DNA of 64,000 nucleotides from Erythrobacter sp. (GTDB lineage Bacteria; Pseudomonadota; Alphaproteobacteria; Sphingomonadales; Sphingomonadaceae): NCBI GenBank assembly GCA_013822695.1, contig PNKW01000005.1, positions 1,863 to 65,862 of the forward strand, read 5' to 3'. Shown piece by piece: positions 27,774 to 37,702 of this stretch (position 1 is its first letter; each line of letters starts with the position of its first letter). The notes under the pieces were generated by a model. It saw only the letters and a program-made list of their open reading frames with translations, ran no database searches and was not told where the DNA came from. The position numbers and the translations under genes were made by a program.

Positions 27774-28970
27774 ATGGCAATGAATTACGAGACGACGATC
27801 AGGGCCGAGGCCGCCGACGGAGTGACGAGCGATTATGCCGGCGCACGCAGCCTTGCCGCGCCCGCCCTTCCGCGCTGGCTGATCCTCGGCGGGCTCGGCG
27901 TGTTCGGCCTGCTGCTGGCGATCGCGGCTTATTTCGTGTTTGCCGGCGGCGAGCCTGCGCCGGTCGATGACGACAATTCGCAGGCCCCTGCGGTCACTGT
28001 GGTGGCCCCCGGCACGACCACGGTTTCGGGCGAGATCGAGGCTCCCGGCACGCTCGCCGCGCGCCGTCCGATGCCGGTTGGCGTCGTCGGCGAGGGCGGG
28101 CAGGTGGTCCGCGTCACCGTCGATGCGGGCGACTGGGTGCAGGCCGGGCAGGTGCTGGCGGTGATCGACCGCTCGGTGCAGGTGCAGCAAGCCGAGGCAC
28201 AGGCGGCGCAGATTCAGGTCGCGCGGGCCGACGCCAGCCTGGCGCAGGCGAACCTCGACCGTGCGCTCCAGCTGGTGGCGCGCGGTTTCGTGTCCAAGGC
28301 CGACGTCGATCGCCTGACCGCGACCCGCGATGCCGCTGCGGCGCGGGTCAAGGTGGCCGAAGCGCAGCTGCGCGAACAGCGCGCCCGCAATCAGCGGCTC
28401 AACATCATCGCGCCTGCGACCGGCTATGTCCTCTCGCGCGCGGTCGAGCCGGGGCAGACCGTCGGCGCGGGCACGCCCGCCCTGTTCACCATCGCCAGCG
28501 GCGGCGAGATGGAGATGCTCGCACAGCTTTCGGAAGAGCAGCTCTCCAAGATGTCGGTCGGCACGGTCGCGCGCATCCAGCCCACCGGATCGGATCAGAT
28601 CTTCGAGGGCCAAGTGTGGCAGATTGCCCCCACCATCGACCAGACCACCCGTCAGGGCACCGCGCGCATTGCGCTCAACTTCAACCCCGCGCTGCGCCCC
28701 GGCGGCTTTGCCACCGCGCGCATCAGCAGCGGCAGCTTCCGCGCCACCGTGCTCCCCGAAAGCGCGGTGCTGGCCGACACCAACGGCAGCTTCGTCTATA
28801 TCGTGGGTGACGACAAGAAGGCCACCCGCCGCGCGGTCAAGACCGGTGCGGTTACCGACGGGGGCATCGCCATCACCGAAGGCCTGACCGGCTCGGAAAA
28901 GGTGGTGCTGCGCGCCGGCGGGTTCCTCAACCCGGGCGAGACAGTCAACCCGCAGCTCCAGAAGAAGTAA
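27774..28970 (+). CDS. RND efflux periplasmic adaptor (MFP)
   Basis: TM anchor, lipoyl-like halves (VDAGDWVQAGQVLA) and alpha-hairpin; directly upstream of an RND gene. Confidence 0.92.
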   Translation: MAMNYETTIRAEAADGVTSDYAGARSLAAPALPRWLILGGLGVFGLLLAIAAYFVFAGGEPAPVDDDNSQAPAVTVVAPGTTTVSGEIEAPGTLAARRPMPVGVVGEGGQVVRVTVDAGDWVQAGQVLAVIDRSVQVQQAEAQAAQIQVARADASLAQANLDRALQLVARGFVSKADVDRLTATRDAAAARVKVAEAQLREQRARNQRLNIIAPATGYVLSRAVEPGQTVGAGTPALFTIASGGEMEMLAQLSEEQLSKMSVGTVARIQPTGSDQIFEGQVWQIAPTIDQTTRQGTARIALNFNPALRPGGFATARISSGSFRATVLPESAVLADTNGSFVYIVGDDKKATRRAVKTGAVTDGGIAITEGLTGSEKVVLRAGGFLNPGETVNPQLQKK

Positions 28971-29045
28971 GGCGCCCATCCGGCGCGGGGCGCGCCCCGT
29001 AGCTGGCAGGCAGGCCGCGACAAGCGTAACACAGGCAGGATTATC

Positions 29046-32000
29046 ATGGCACTTCGCGACATTTCGGCCTGGTCGATCCGCAATCCGGTGATCCCGATGG
29101 TGTTCTTCACCGGGCTGCTGTTCGCCGGGATCGTCAGCTTCCTGCGCATGGACGTGACCGATAACCCGGATGTCGATTTCCCGGCGGTGATCGTCAACAT
29201 CGCCCAGCCCGGCGCCTCGCCGACCGAGATCGAGAACCAGATCACGCAGCGTGTCGAAAGCGCGCTGCGCTCGATCGCCGGGGTCAATTCGATCCAGTCG
29301 ACCGCGCGCGAGGGCTCGTCGCAGACCTTCGTCGAATTCGAGATCGGCACCAACCTGATCGAGGCGGTCAACGAGGTCGAGACCGCGATTGACAGCGTGC
29401 GCGGGTCCTTGCCCGACGGCATCATCGAACCGCGCGTCCAGAAGGTCAACGTGGTGGGCGATGCAATCGGCTATGTCGCGGTCGAGGCCGATGACATGAC
29501 GCTGGAACAATTGAGCTGGTTCATCGACGACACCGTCGCCAAGCGCCTGCTCAAGATCCCCGGCATGGCCGAGGTCGGCCGCTTCGGCGGGGTCGACCGG
29601 CAGATCGAGGTGATCCTCGATCCCGCGCGGATGCAATCCTTCGGGGTCACCGCCTCGCAGATCAACGGCGCGCTGCGCCAGAGCAACCTCGACGCTGCGG
29701 GCGGTCTCGCCGAAGTCGGCGGCACCCGCCAGTCGCTGCGCGTGCTGGGCAATTCGGACACCGCCTACCAGCTCTCGCAGACCCAGATCCAGCTCGGCGG
29801 GGGGCGCACCGTCCGCCTCGCGGACATCGCCACCGTGCGCGACGGCTATTCCGAGCGCACCTCGATCAGCGAAGTCGGCGGCAAGGAGGTCGTCAATTTC
29901 TACATGAACCGCGCGCGGGGGGCATCCGATCTTTCGGTCTATGACGCCGCGCTGGCAGAGATGGACAAGATCGAGACCGAGAACCCCGGGGTCAAGTTCA
30001 TCAAGCTCTCGACCTCCACCACCTACACCCGCGGCCAGTACAAGTCCTCGATGTGGGCGCTGGTCGAGGGCGCGGTGCTGGCGGTGGTGGTGGTGTTCAT
30101 CTTCCTGCGCGACTGGCGCGCCACCGCGATCAGCGCGGTCGCGATCCCGCTGTCGGCAATCCCGACCTTCTTCTTCATGGACCAGCTGGGGTTCAACCTC
30201 AATTTCCTCTCGCTGCTCGCGCTCGCACTGGTCGCAGGCGTGCTGGTCGACGATGCGATCGTGGAGATCGAGAACATCGTGCGCCACATGCGCATGGGCA
30301 AGACCGCCTACCAGGCGAGTATCGACGCGGCGGACGAGATCGGCCTGCCGGTGGTCGCCACCAGCTTCTGCATCGTCGCGGTGTTCCTGCCCGTTGGCCT
30401 GATGCCGGGCGTGTCGGGCCAGTTCTTCCAGAACTTCGGGATCACGGTGGTGATCGCGGTGCTGATGTCGCTGGCCGTGGCGCGCATGATCACGCCGTTG
30501 ATGGCGGCCTATTTCCTCAAGTCCCATGGCGAGGAAGAGCATGGCGGCGGGCGCTGGATCGACATCTACATGCGTGTGCTCGCCTGGACGCTCGACACCG
30601 GCCGCATGGCCGCGCGCCGTGCCGGACTGACCGGCTCGGGCAATCGCCTCTTCTATGTGCCCGGTCTGCTGCTGACGGTGATCGCGCTGCTGTTCGTCTC
30701 GGCCGCCGCGATGTTCGAGCTGGCAAATGGCTCCTTAACCGGCGGCGCGTGGAAGGGCCTGATCGGGCTCGACGTGCACAAGCTGATCGCCGCCGCCGTC
30801 AACGCCGACACCAACACGCTGGCCAACCGGCTGGTCGCCAAGCTGTTCGAGGTGGTGATGGTGCTCGCCATCTCGGCGGCGTCCTTCCTTGCCGCCTTCG
30901 TCACCTTCAAGGCGATCGAAGCGCCTTCCGGCGGGAACAGCGGCTTTGCCCAGGGCCTGCGCTGGATGACCGCGCGGTTCTACGATCACCGCATCTGGAT
31001 GCTCGGCATCGGCTGGTTCTCGTTCCTCGTCACGATCCTGCTGTTCGGCATGATCCCCGGCCAGTTCCAGCCGACCATTGATGACGAGAACAGCCGGGTC
31101 GAGATCGAGCTCGTCCCTGGCACCACGCTCGCGCAGACCAAGCGGGTGGTCAATGCCATCGCCGCCGAGCTCAACAAGGAGCCCGAGGTCGAACGCCTGC
31201 TCGAACGCATCCGGCTGGGCGAGACCTCGACCATCTTCGTAAAGCTCAAGGATGACCGCGCCCGCACCTCGATCGAATTCGAGCGCGAGCTGGCGCCCAA
31301 GCTGGCCAAGTTCCCTGACGCCCGCGTGCGGTTCCAGTCGCAATCGGGCGGGTTCGGCTCGGGCCGCGACATGACCGTGCTGCTGGCGGGCTCGGACCCG
31401 GTGCTGCTCGATAAGACCGCGACCCAGCTGGTTGAGGAGATGAAGGGCCTCAAGTCGCTGGTCGCCCCGCGCATCAGCGCCGACCTCAACCGGCCGGAAA
31501 TCATCATCACCCCGCGCGCCAAGATCGCCGCCGAACTCGGCGTCACCACCGCCGCGCTCTCGCAGACGATCCGCATCGCGACGCTGGGCGAGATCGAGCA
31601 GAACGCGGCGCGCTTCTCGCTCTCGGACCGCCAGATCCCGATCGTGGTGCGCCTGTCGCAGGAATCACGCACCGATTTCCGCACCATCGAAAACCTGCCC
31701 GTGCCCACCGCCAATGGCGGCTCGGTGCCGCTCAGCCGCGTCGCTGACATCACCTTCGGCTCCGGGCCGACCGCGATCCAGCGTTACAACCAGAACCGCC
31801 GCGTGCTGGTGGGCGCCGATCTTGCGTCGGGCGTGCTCAAGGGCGAGGCGCAGGCGCAGATCGATGCGCTGCCGGTGCTCAATAACCTGCCGCTCGGGGT
31901 GATCCGCGATGTCGTGGGCGAAGAGGAATGGCAGCAGGAGCTGATCCAGAACCTCATCATCGCCATCATCGCCGGCGTGCTGCTGGTGTTTGCGGTGCTG

Positions 32001-32576
32001 GTGCTGCTCTACAAGCGGTTGATGAGCCCGCTGGTCAACATGACCTCGCTCGCGCTGGCGCCGCTCGGGGGCATCCTGCTGATCTGGCTGCTGGGGCAGC
32101 CCAATTCGATGCCGGTCTATATCGGGATCCTGCTCTTGCTGGGGATCGTGTCCAAGAACTCGATCCTGCTGATCGACTTCGCGATCGAGGAGATGAACAA
32201 GGGCATCCCCAAGCTCGAGGCGATCCTCGATGCCGGGCATAAGCGCGCTCAGCCGATCGTGATGACCACTGTTGCGATGAGCGCCGGGATGGTGCCGGTG
32301 GCGCTGTCGCTTTCGGGCGACGGGGCGTGGCGCCAGCCGATGGGCATCGTGGTGATGGGCGGGCTGGTGCTTTCGACCCTGCTCACCCTGCTGATCGTGC
32401 CCGCGGGCTTCAGCCTTGCCGACAGCTTCGAGCGCCGCGTCGGCCCGTGGCTGCGCGCGAAGATGCTGACCTACAAGCCAGGCGACGAGACCCGCCCGGT
32501 CGGTGCGGACGTGCCCGACCTGCCCTTCCCCGGCCTTGCGAAGGGCCCTTCCCACGGGCCCGAACCGGCCGAATGA
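29046..32576 (+). CDS. RND efflux permease (AcrB/AcrD/AcrF family), long form of 1176 aa
   Basis: GVLVDDAIVEIENI (TM4), KNSILLIDF (TM10) and RAQPIVMTT (TM11). Confidence 0.95.
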   Translation: MALRDISAWSIRNPVIPMVFFTGLLFAGIVSFLRMDVTDNPDVDFPAVIVNIAQPGASPTEIENQITQRVESALRSIAGVNSIQSTAREGSSQTFVEFEIGTNLIEAVNEVETAIDSVRGSLPDGIIEPRVQKVNVVGDAIGYVAVEADDMTLEQLSWFIDDTVAKRLLKIPGMAEVGRFGGVDRQIEVILDPARMQSFGVTASQINGALRQSNLDAAGGLAEVGGTRQSLRVLGNSDTAYQLSQTQIQLGGGRTVRLADIATVRDGYSERTSISEVGGKEVVNFYMNRARGASDLSVYDAALAEMDKIETENPGVKFIKLSTSTTYTRGQYKSSMWALVEGAVLAVVVVFIFLRDWRATAISAVAIPLSAIPTFFFMDQLGFNLNFLSLLALALVAGVLVDDAIVEIENIVRHMRMGKTAYQASIDAADEIGLPVVATSFCIVAVFLPVGLMPGVSGQFFQNFGITVVIAVLMSLAVARMITPLMAAYFLKSHGEEEHGGGRWIDIYMRVLAWTLDTGRMAARRAGLTGSGNRLFYVPGLLLTVIALLFVSAAAMFELANGSLTGGAWKGLIGLDVHKLIAAAVNADTNTLANRLVAKLFEVVMVLAISAASFLAAFVTFKAIEAPSGGNSGFAQGLRWMTARFYDHRIWMLGIGWFSFLVTILLFGMIPGQFQPTIDDENSRVEIELVPGTTLAQTKRVVNAIAAELNKEPEVERLLERIRLGETSTIFVKLKDDRARTSIEFERELAPKLAKFPDARVRFQSQSGGFGSGRDMTVLLAGSDPVLLDKTATQLVEEMKGLKSLVAPRISADLNRPEIIITPRAKIAAELGVTTAALSQTIRIATLGEIEQNAARFSLSDRQIPIVVRLSQESRTDFRTIENLPVPTANGGSVPLSRVADITFGSGPTAIQRYNQNRRVLVGADLASGVLKGEAQAQIDALPVLNNLPLGVIRDVVGEEEWQQELIQNLIIAIIAGVLLVFAVLVLLYKRLMSPLVNMTSLALAPLGGILLIWLLGQPNSMPVYIGILLLLGIVSKNSILLIDFAIEEMNKGIPKLEAILDAGHKRAQPIVMTTVAMSAGMVPVALSLSGDGAWRQPMGIVVMGGLVLSTLLTLLIVPAGFSLADSFERRVGPWLRAKMLTYKPGDETRPVGADVPDLPFPGLAKGPSHGPEPAE

Positions 32577-32622
32577 TCAAAAGGTGCTGACGCGGCGGCG
32601 CGAGGCGCGCTAAGGCTCGTTC

Positions 32623-33915
32623 ATGGCGAAGCGCTCCCTGAGGCCCCTGACGCTCGGCGGCCAGCCGCTGACGGTTGACCGCGCCAAGCGGATGCGCTGG
32701 ACGGCGACGGGCATGCTCGCGGCGATGGCGGTGATCTTCATCGCCACGCATGGCCTTGCCGTGACGGGCCATCCCGCCTGGGGCTACGTCAATGCTTTTG
32801 CCGAGGCGGCGATGGTCGGCGGCCTTGCCGACTGGTTCGCGGTGACCGCATTGTTCCGCCACCCCCTCGGCCTGCCGATCCCGCACACCGCGATCATCCC
32901 GGAAAACAAGGACCGCATCGCCGACACCATGGCGGCCTTCCTGCGCGAGAATTTCCTCACCCCTGCGGTGGTCGCGCGGCGGATGAGCGGCATGAATGTC
33001 GCCAAGGCGGCGGGCGAGTTTCTCGCTGCCTCGCCCGAGCGGGGGGACACCGATCACCGCTCGCGCATCACCTCGGGCGCGGCGGAGCTGCTCGCCGAGG
33101 TGCTCGAATCGCTCGATCCCGACCGGCTCGGCAATCAGGTGCGCTCGGGCCTCGCCAGCCAGCTTGCCAAGCTCGATATCGCCCCCCTCGCCGGGCGGAT
33201 GATCGAGAGCGCCATGACCGACAAGCGCCACCAGCCGCTGATCGATGGCTTCGTGCGTTGGGCGGGCCTGACGCTCGAGGATAACGAGGAGACGATCCGC
33301 GACATCATCCACCAGCGCGTCGCAGGCGTGCTGCGCTGGGCGGGGATCGACAAGACCATCTCTTCCAGCGTGCTCGACGGGCTCTACAAGCTGCTCGCCG
33401 AGGTGTTGGTGAACCCCGACCACCCCCTGCGCGGCAAGATCGAGGAGGGGTTGGCGAAGCTCGGCCAGGACTTGCAGCACGACGCGGCCACCCGCGCCAA
33501 GGTCGAGGACATGAAGCGCGACCTGATCGCCAACCCCGCGGTCGCGGTGTGGTGGACCGGGGTGTGGGAGCGCATCCGCCAGTCGCTGATCCGCCGCGCG
33601 CGCGATCCCGAGAGCCAGATGGGCGCCGAGATGCGGGTAATGCTGGGCGAGCTCGGCGAGGCGCTGCAAAAGGACGAGCGGCTGCAGCACCAGATCAACC
33701 GCTTCGCCCGCCGCACCATGGTCGGCGTTTCCACCCGCTATGGCGACCAGATCGTCCGGCTGGTGTCAGAAACGGTCAAGCGCTGGGACGCCCGCACCAT
33801 CACCGACCGCGTCGAAGGCGCGGTGGGGCGGGATTTGCAGTTCATCCGGATTAACGGGACGCTGGTGGGCGGGCTGGTGGGGATGACTTTGCACTTTATC
33901 AATACGGTGTTGTAA
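32623..33915 (+). CDS. DUF445 family membrane protein
   Basis: AFAEAAMVGGLADWFAVTALFRHPLGLPIPHTAII and VGRDLQFIRINGTLVGG. Confidence 0.95.
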   Translation: MAKRSLRPLTLGGQPLTVDRAKRMRWTATGMLAAMAVIFIATHGLAVTGHPAWGYVNAFAEAAMVGGLADWFAVTALFRHPLGLPIPHTAIIPENKDRIADTMAAFLRENFLTPAVVARRMSGMNVAKAAGEFLAASPERGDTDHRSRITSGAAELLAEVLESLDPDRLGNQVRSGLASQLAKLDIAPLAGRMIESAMTDKRHQPLIDGFVRWAGLTLEDNEETIRDIIHQRVAGVLRWAGIDKTISSSVLDGLYKLLAEVLVNPDHPLRGKIEEGLAKLGQDLQHDAATRAKVEDMKRDLIANPAVAVWWTGVWERIRQSLIRRARDPESQMGAEMRVMLGELGEALQKDERLQHQINRFARRTMVGVSTRYGDQIVRLVSETVKRWDARTITDRVEGAVGRDLQFIRINGTLVGGLVGMTLHFINTVL

Positions 33916-33923
33916 GTCCCATG

Positions 33924-33951
33924 TTGATTTTTTCGCCGATATTGCTATTTT
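33924..33951 (+). promoter_or_regulatory. sigma70-like promoter of the first Panacea module
   Basis: TTGATT-N16-TATTTT with extended TG. Confidence 0.45.
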
Positions 33952-33967
33952 GTTCTCGGAGAACCGC

Positions 33968-34477
33968 ATGCCCTATCCGTCGATACAAGTAGCAAATGAG
34001 CTTTTGAAGGCTCATGGGGAGGTAAGCCCCATGAAGCTTCAGAAGCTGCTATACTATGCTAACGGTTGGTGGCTGGCTATCAACGGCGAGCCGCTTTTGA
34101 GCGAAGCGCCGCAGGTCTGGCGTTATGGCCCTGTGTATCAGCATCTCTACCGAACGTTTTCTCGCTTTCGCCATGAGCCTATCGGCGAACCGGTAAAGGG
34201 TAATCCCTTCGCAGCCGAACCCGAAATGCTGGGCGATAGTGAGGACGAGGGACGAGTCAGACAGCTCTTGGAGTGGATTTGGAGCGAGCACGGCGCCAAA
34301 AGTGCGATCCAGCTCTCCGATGAGACTCATGCAGTTGGTACGCCGTGGCGTGAAATTGCAGAGGAGTACAATTTCCGTATTCCCTACAATGTAGAAATTT
34401 CCCCGAAGCGTGATTGGAAGTTCTTTGCTGAGCAAGCTGAGAAACGCGGCATCCAAACTACTCCGCTCTCCACCTAA
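33968..34477 (+). CDS. Panacea (DUF4065/GepA/SocA-like) antitoxin domain protein
   Basis: SPMKLQKLLYYANGWWLAINGEPL..PQVWRYGPV..LY..F and C-terminal LSDETH..GTPW; visibly lower GC than flanks. Confidence 0.9.
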   Translation: MPYPSIQVANELLKAHGEVSPMKLQKLLYYANGWWLAINGEPLLSEAPQVWRYGPVYQHLYRTFSRFRHEPIGEPVKGNPFAAEPEMLGDSEDEGRVRQLLEWIWSEHGAKSAIQLSDETHAVGTPWREIAEEYNFRIPYNVEISPKRDWKFFAEQAEKRGIQTTPLST

Positions 34478-34814
34478 GCGGAACCTCGACAACACTCCGA
34501 GCGGTGAAGAGGAGTTCGATGATTGGACTAATGAGTCGCGCGTCAGCGGTACGTGGGACTCAGATGCCGCTCGAATTCGAATTGATAAGATTGCCCGCCG
34601 TTTAGCTGTTGGGTGGTCGCTTTTTCTTGTGTGGGTTATTCTCGCTCAAGGCTATCCGACCGACCACTACTTCCTATGGGTTTGGCCCATTCACGGAGCC
34701 TTCAAGCTTGAGCCAACAGAATTTATTGCGGTGGTAACGACTACGACGGCCTCTGTTTTTGGCTTTCTGATTATCGTGACAAGGGATCTGTTTCGCGGCT
34801 CTGCCGATAAGTAA
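34410..34814 (+). CDS. Uncharacterised 2-TM protein, candidate cognate toxin/effector
   Basis: No internal ATG; start is GTG 34410 or TTG 34425, inside the antitoxin gene. TM1 [17 protein letters not shown]; TM2 [24 protein letters not shown]. Confidence 0.65.
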   Translation: MIGSSLLSKLRNAASKLLRSPPKRNLDNTPSGEEEFDDWTNESRVSGTWDSDAARIRIDKIARRLAVGWSLFLVWVILAQGYPTDHYFLWVWPIHGAFKLEPTEFIAVVTTTTASVFGFLIIVTRDLFRGSADK

Positions 34815-34843
34815 GTGCGAAATTGCCACGCCGCGAAAAAACA

Positions 34844-34878
34844 AGGCCCCGCTACGCCCTCAGTGCGCAGCGGGGCCT
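34844..34878 (-). terminator. Rho-independent terminator after etfA (probably bidirectional)
   Basis: aggccccgct / agcggggcct stem, followed on the minus strand by TGTTTTTT. Confidence 0.75.
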
Positions 34879-34911
34879 ATTCAAACTAGAGCACCGCACG
34901 ATAGCCGTTAC

Positions 34912-35841
34912 TTACAGCGCCCCGGTCAGCTCCGGCACCGCGGTAAACAGGTCCGCGACAAGCCCAATATCCGCCACCTGGAAGATCGGCGCGTCCTCGT
35001 CCTTGTTGATGGCGATGATGACCTTGGAGTCCTTCATGCCCGCAAGGTGCTGGATCGCGCCCGAGATGCCGATGGCGAAGTAGACTTCGGGCGCGACGAT
35101 CTTGCCGGTCTGGCCGACCTGATAGTCGTTGGGCACATAGCCCGCGTCGACCGCCGCGCGGCTCGCGCCGATGGCGGCGCCGAGCTTGTCCGCAAGCGGC
35201 GTGATGGTCGCCTCGAAGGTCTCCGCATCCTTCAGCGCGCGGCCCCCCGAGACGATGATCTTGGCGCTGGTCAGTTCCGGACGCTCGCTCTTGGCGATTT
35301 CCGAGCTGACGAAGCTCGAGGTGCCCGCGTCACCGGGGCCGCCGACGGCTTCGACGGTGCCCGAACCGCCTTCGGTCGCGGCCTTTTCGAAGGCGGTGCC
35401 GCGCACGGTGATGACCAGCTTGGCATCGGTCGATTCGACCGTGGCGATGGCGTTGCCGGCGTAGATCGGGCGGGTGAAGGTCTTGGGCCCTTCGACCGAC
35501 AGGATCTCGGAAACCTGCATCACGTCGAGGTGCGCGGCGACGCGCGGGGCGACGTTCTTGCCCTGCGTGGTCGCGGCGGCGAGGAAGGCGTCGTGATCGG
35601 CCATCAGCGCGGCGGCGAGCGGGGCGACGTTTTCGGCGAGGCCGTTGGCATAGGCCGCATCGTCCGCAACGTGGACCTTGCCCACGCCTGCGATCTTGGC
35701 GGCAGCCTCGGCCACCGCGCCGCAATTGTGGCCCGCAACCAGCAGGTGCACTTCGCCGAGCTTGGCAGCGGCGGTCACGACGGGAAGCGTCGCGTCGGCC
35801 AGCTTGGTGTTGTCATGTTCGACGAGAACCAGAGTCTTCAT
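34912..35841 (-). CDS. etfA: Electron transfer flavoprotein alpha subunit
   Basis: [20 protein letters not shown] and [12 protein letters not shown]. Confidence 0.97.
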   Translation of the reverse strand: MKTLVLVEHDNTKLADATLPVVTAAAKLGEVHLLVAGHNCGAVAEAAAKIAGVGKVHVADDAAYANGLAENVAPLAAALMADHDAFLAAATTQGKNVAPRVAAHLDVMQVSEILSVEGPKTFTRPIYAGNAIATVESTDAKLVITVRGTAFEKAATEGGSGTVEAVGGPGDAGTSSFVSSEIAKSERPELTSAKIIVSGGRALKDAETFEATITPLADKLGAAIGASRAAVDAGYVPNDYQVGQTGKIVAPEVYFAIGISGAIQHLAGMKDSKVIIAINKDEDAPIFQVADIGLVADLFTAVPELTGAL

Positions 35842-35871
35842 GGGAATGTCCTCTCAAATACCAGTGGCTGC

Positions 35872-36618
35872 TCAGGCGATGCCGAGCGCCTTGACCTTCT
35901 CAACCAGCGCGGCGACGTCGGCGACCTTCTCGCCTGCTTGACGCACCGGCGGCTCGGCGACCTTGAGGGTCTTGAGACGCGGGGTCAGGTCGACGCCGTA
36001 GTCGGCCGCGGTCTTGGTCACGAGCGGCTTCTGCTTGGCCTTCATGATGTTGGGCAGCGAGGCATAGCGCGGCTCGTTGAGGCGCAGGTCGGTGGTGACG
36101 ATCGCCGGAAGGCTGAGCTTCACGGTCTGCAAGCCGCCATCGACTTCGCGCTTCACGGTGACGCTGTCGCCGTCCACTTCGACGGTGTTCGCGAAAGTCC
36201 CCTGCGGACGGCCCATCAGCGCGGCGAGCATCTGGCCGGTCTGGTTCGAATCGTCCGAGATCGACTGCTTGCCGAGGATCACGAGGCCCGGGGCCTCTTC
36301 GTCAGCAATCGCCTTGAGGATCTTGGCAACCGCCAGCGGCTCGACTTCATCGTCGGTCTCGACGAGGATCGCCCGGTCGGCGCCCATCGCGAGCGCGGTG
36401 CGCAGGGTTTCGGCCGCCTTGGCCGGGCCGATGGAGACCGCAACGATCTCGGTCGCGGCGCCCTTTTCCTTGAGGCGGATGGCTTCCTCGACCGCGATCT
36501 CGTCGAACGGGTTCATGCTCATCTTGACGTTGGCAAGGTCAACGCCCGTGCCATCGGCCTTGACCCGCGGCTTGACGTTGTAATCGATCACCCGCTTGAC
36601 GGGGACGAGGATCTTCAT
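35872..36618 (-). CDS. etfB: Electron transfer flavoprotein beta subunit
   Basis: [20 protein letters not shown] and [19 protein letters not shown]. Confidence 0.97.
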   Translation of the reverse strand: MKILVPVKRVIDYNVKPRVKADGTGVDLANVKMSMNPFDEIAVEEAIRLKEKGAATEIVAVSIGPAKAAETLRTALAMGADRAILVETDDEVEPLAVAKILKAIADEEAPGLVILGKQSISDDSNQTGQMLAALMGRPQGTFANTVEVDGDSVTVKREVDGGLQTVKLSLPAIVTTDLRLNEPRYASLPNIMKAKQKPLVTKTAADYGVDLTPRLKTLKVAEPPVRQAGEKVADVAALVEKVKALGIA

Positions 36619-36685
36619 GGGTTTGTCCTTCCTCTCAAAGAATCACGTGACGCCATTCAGCGCCTTGGCCGCCCGCCTAACTTGC

Positions 36686-36703
36686 GTTTACGTAAACGTC
36701 AAG
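36686..36703. promoter_or_regulatory. LiuR (MerR-family)-type operator upstream of etfBA
   Basis: GTTTACGTAAACGTCAAG matches the TTKACGT-N2-ACGTMAA palindrome, about 70 bp upstream of etfB. Confidence 0.65.
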
Positions 36704-36832
36704 CAGGCGAAGCGCGCCGAGATTGTCATTTCCCCTTGCTTTGCACCACCCGCAGGTCAAGCCTTCAATTCGCGAGTGCTTTACCGGAGGTCTCGAGCGA
36801 AGATACGGCGGACAAAGGGGAGGGATGCGGCG

Positions 36833-37702
36833 ATGATGGCAAGGGCATGGATGGCGGCGCTCGCATTGGCGATGGCAGCGCCCTTGGCAGCGCAGGAAAC
36901 GCGGGTCGGGGAGCAGGGCTTCACCTCGCCGCCAGCAACCATCCATCAGATGTTGTGGCTCGAAGGCCTATGGCAGGGCGAGGGCATCGAAGGGGCCCGC
37001 GCGACCGAAAACTGGCTGCCGCCCACCGGCACCACCATGGTCGGCACCTTCATCCAGCAGACCGCCGAGGGCGGGATCATGTTCAGCGAGCACATGCACA
37101 TCATCGAGGAGGGCGGGAGCCTCGTCCTCAAGCTCAAGCATTTCAACGCTGACCTCACCGGCTGGGAGGACAAGGCAGGGATGGTGACCTTCCGCCTGCT
37201 TTCGCTGGAGCATTGCCTCGCAAGGTTCAGCGGGCTGACGCTGCGCTGCGACGGGTCGGACAAGCTGGTCGTGGCGGTGCGGATGAAGAGCGACGCGCCC
37301 GAGCCCAAGGAACTGCTGTTCCGATTCGACCGGGCCGAGCGCTCGCGGGGGTTCATCAATTGCGAGGGCAGCACTGTGGAAATGAACGACTGCATGGCCG
37401 CCATCCGTGAGCGCGCCAGTGAGCGCAAGGCCCGGTACCTCGCCGCCGCCATCGCCCGCAACGCCGACCGGCCCGAACTGGTCGCGCTTATCCGGAAGAG
37501 CGACGCCGCCTTCGAGGCCTATCGCGAGGCGGAGTGCGAGGCGGTCTATACCGACTACGAGGGCGGCACGATCCGCACGATTCAGGGGCTGGCCTGCGAG
37601 ATCGGGCTGATCGACGAACGCACGCGCACGATCTGGCAGACCTGGCTGACCTATATGGACACCACCCCGCCCGAGCTTCCTGCCCCCGGCCGCTCGCGCT
37701 GA
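36833..37702 (+). CDS. Exported two-domain protein: DUF6265-like domain plus LprI/DUF1311-like domain
   Basis: WLEGLWQGE..ENWLPPTGTTMVGTF, then CEGSTVEMNDC..AFEAYREAEC..GGTIR..ACEIGL..RT. Confidence 0.65.
   Translation: MMARAWMAALALAMAAPLAAQETRVGEQGFTSPPATIHQMLWLEGLWQGEGIEGARATENWLPPTGTTMVGTFIQQTAEGGIMFSEHMHIIEEGGSLVLKLKHFNADLTGWEDKAGMVTFRLLSLEHCLARFSGLTLRCDGSDKLVVAVRMKSDAPEPKELLFRFDRAERSRGFINCEGSTVEMNDCMAAIRERASERKARYLAAAIARNADRPELVALIRKSDAAFEAYREAECEAVYTDYEGGTIRTIQGLACEIGLIDERTRTIWQTWLTYMDTTPPELPAPGRSR

Noticed and set aside
27624-30542. Long antisense ORFs (972 aa here; also 17-943, 6147-7823, 35047-37152, 60119-61993 and many others)
   Set aside because: They are shadow frames of well-supported genes in high-GC DNA, with R/G/A-biased or reverse-codon composition and no recognisable motifs.
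34049-34495. Antisense ORF over the Panacea gene (also 52469-52894 and 52649-52993)
   Set aside because: No SD or motifs; they overlap better-supported genes or promoters.
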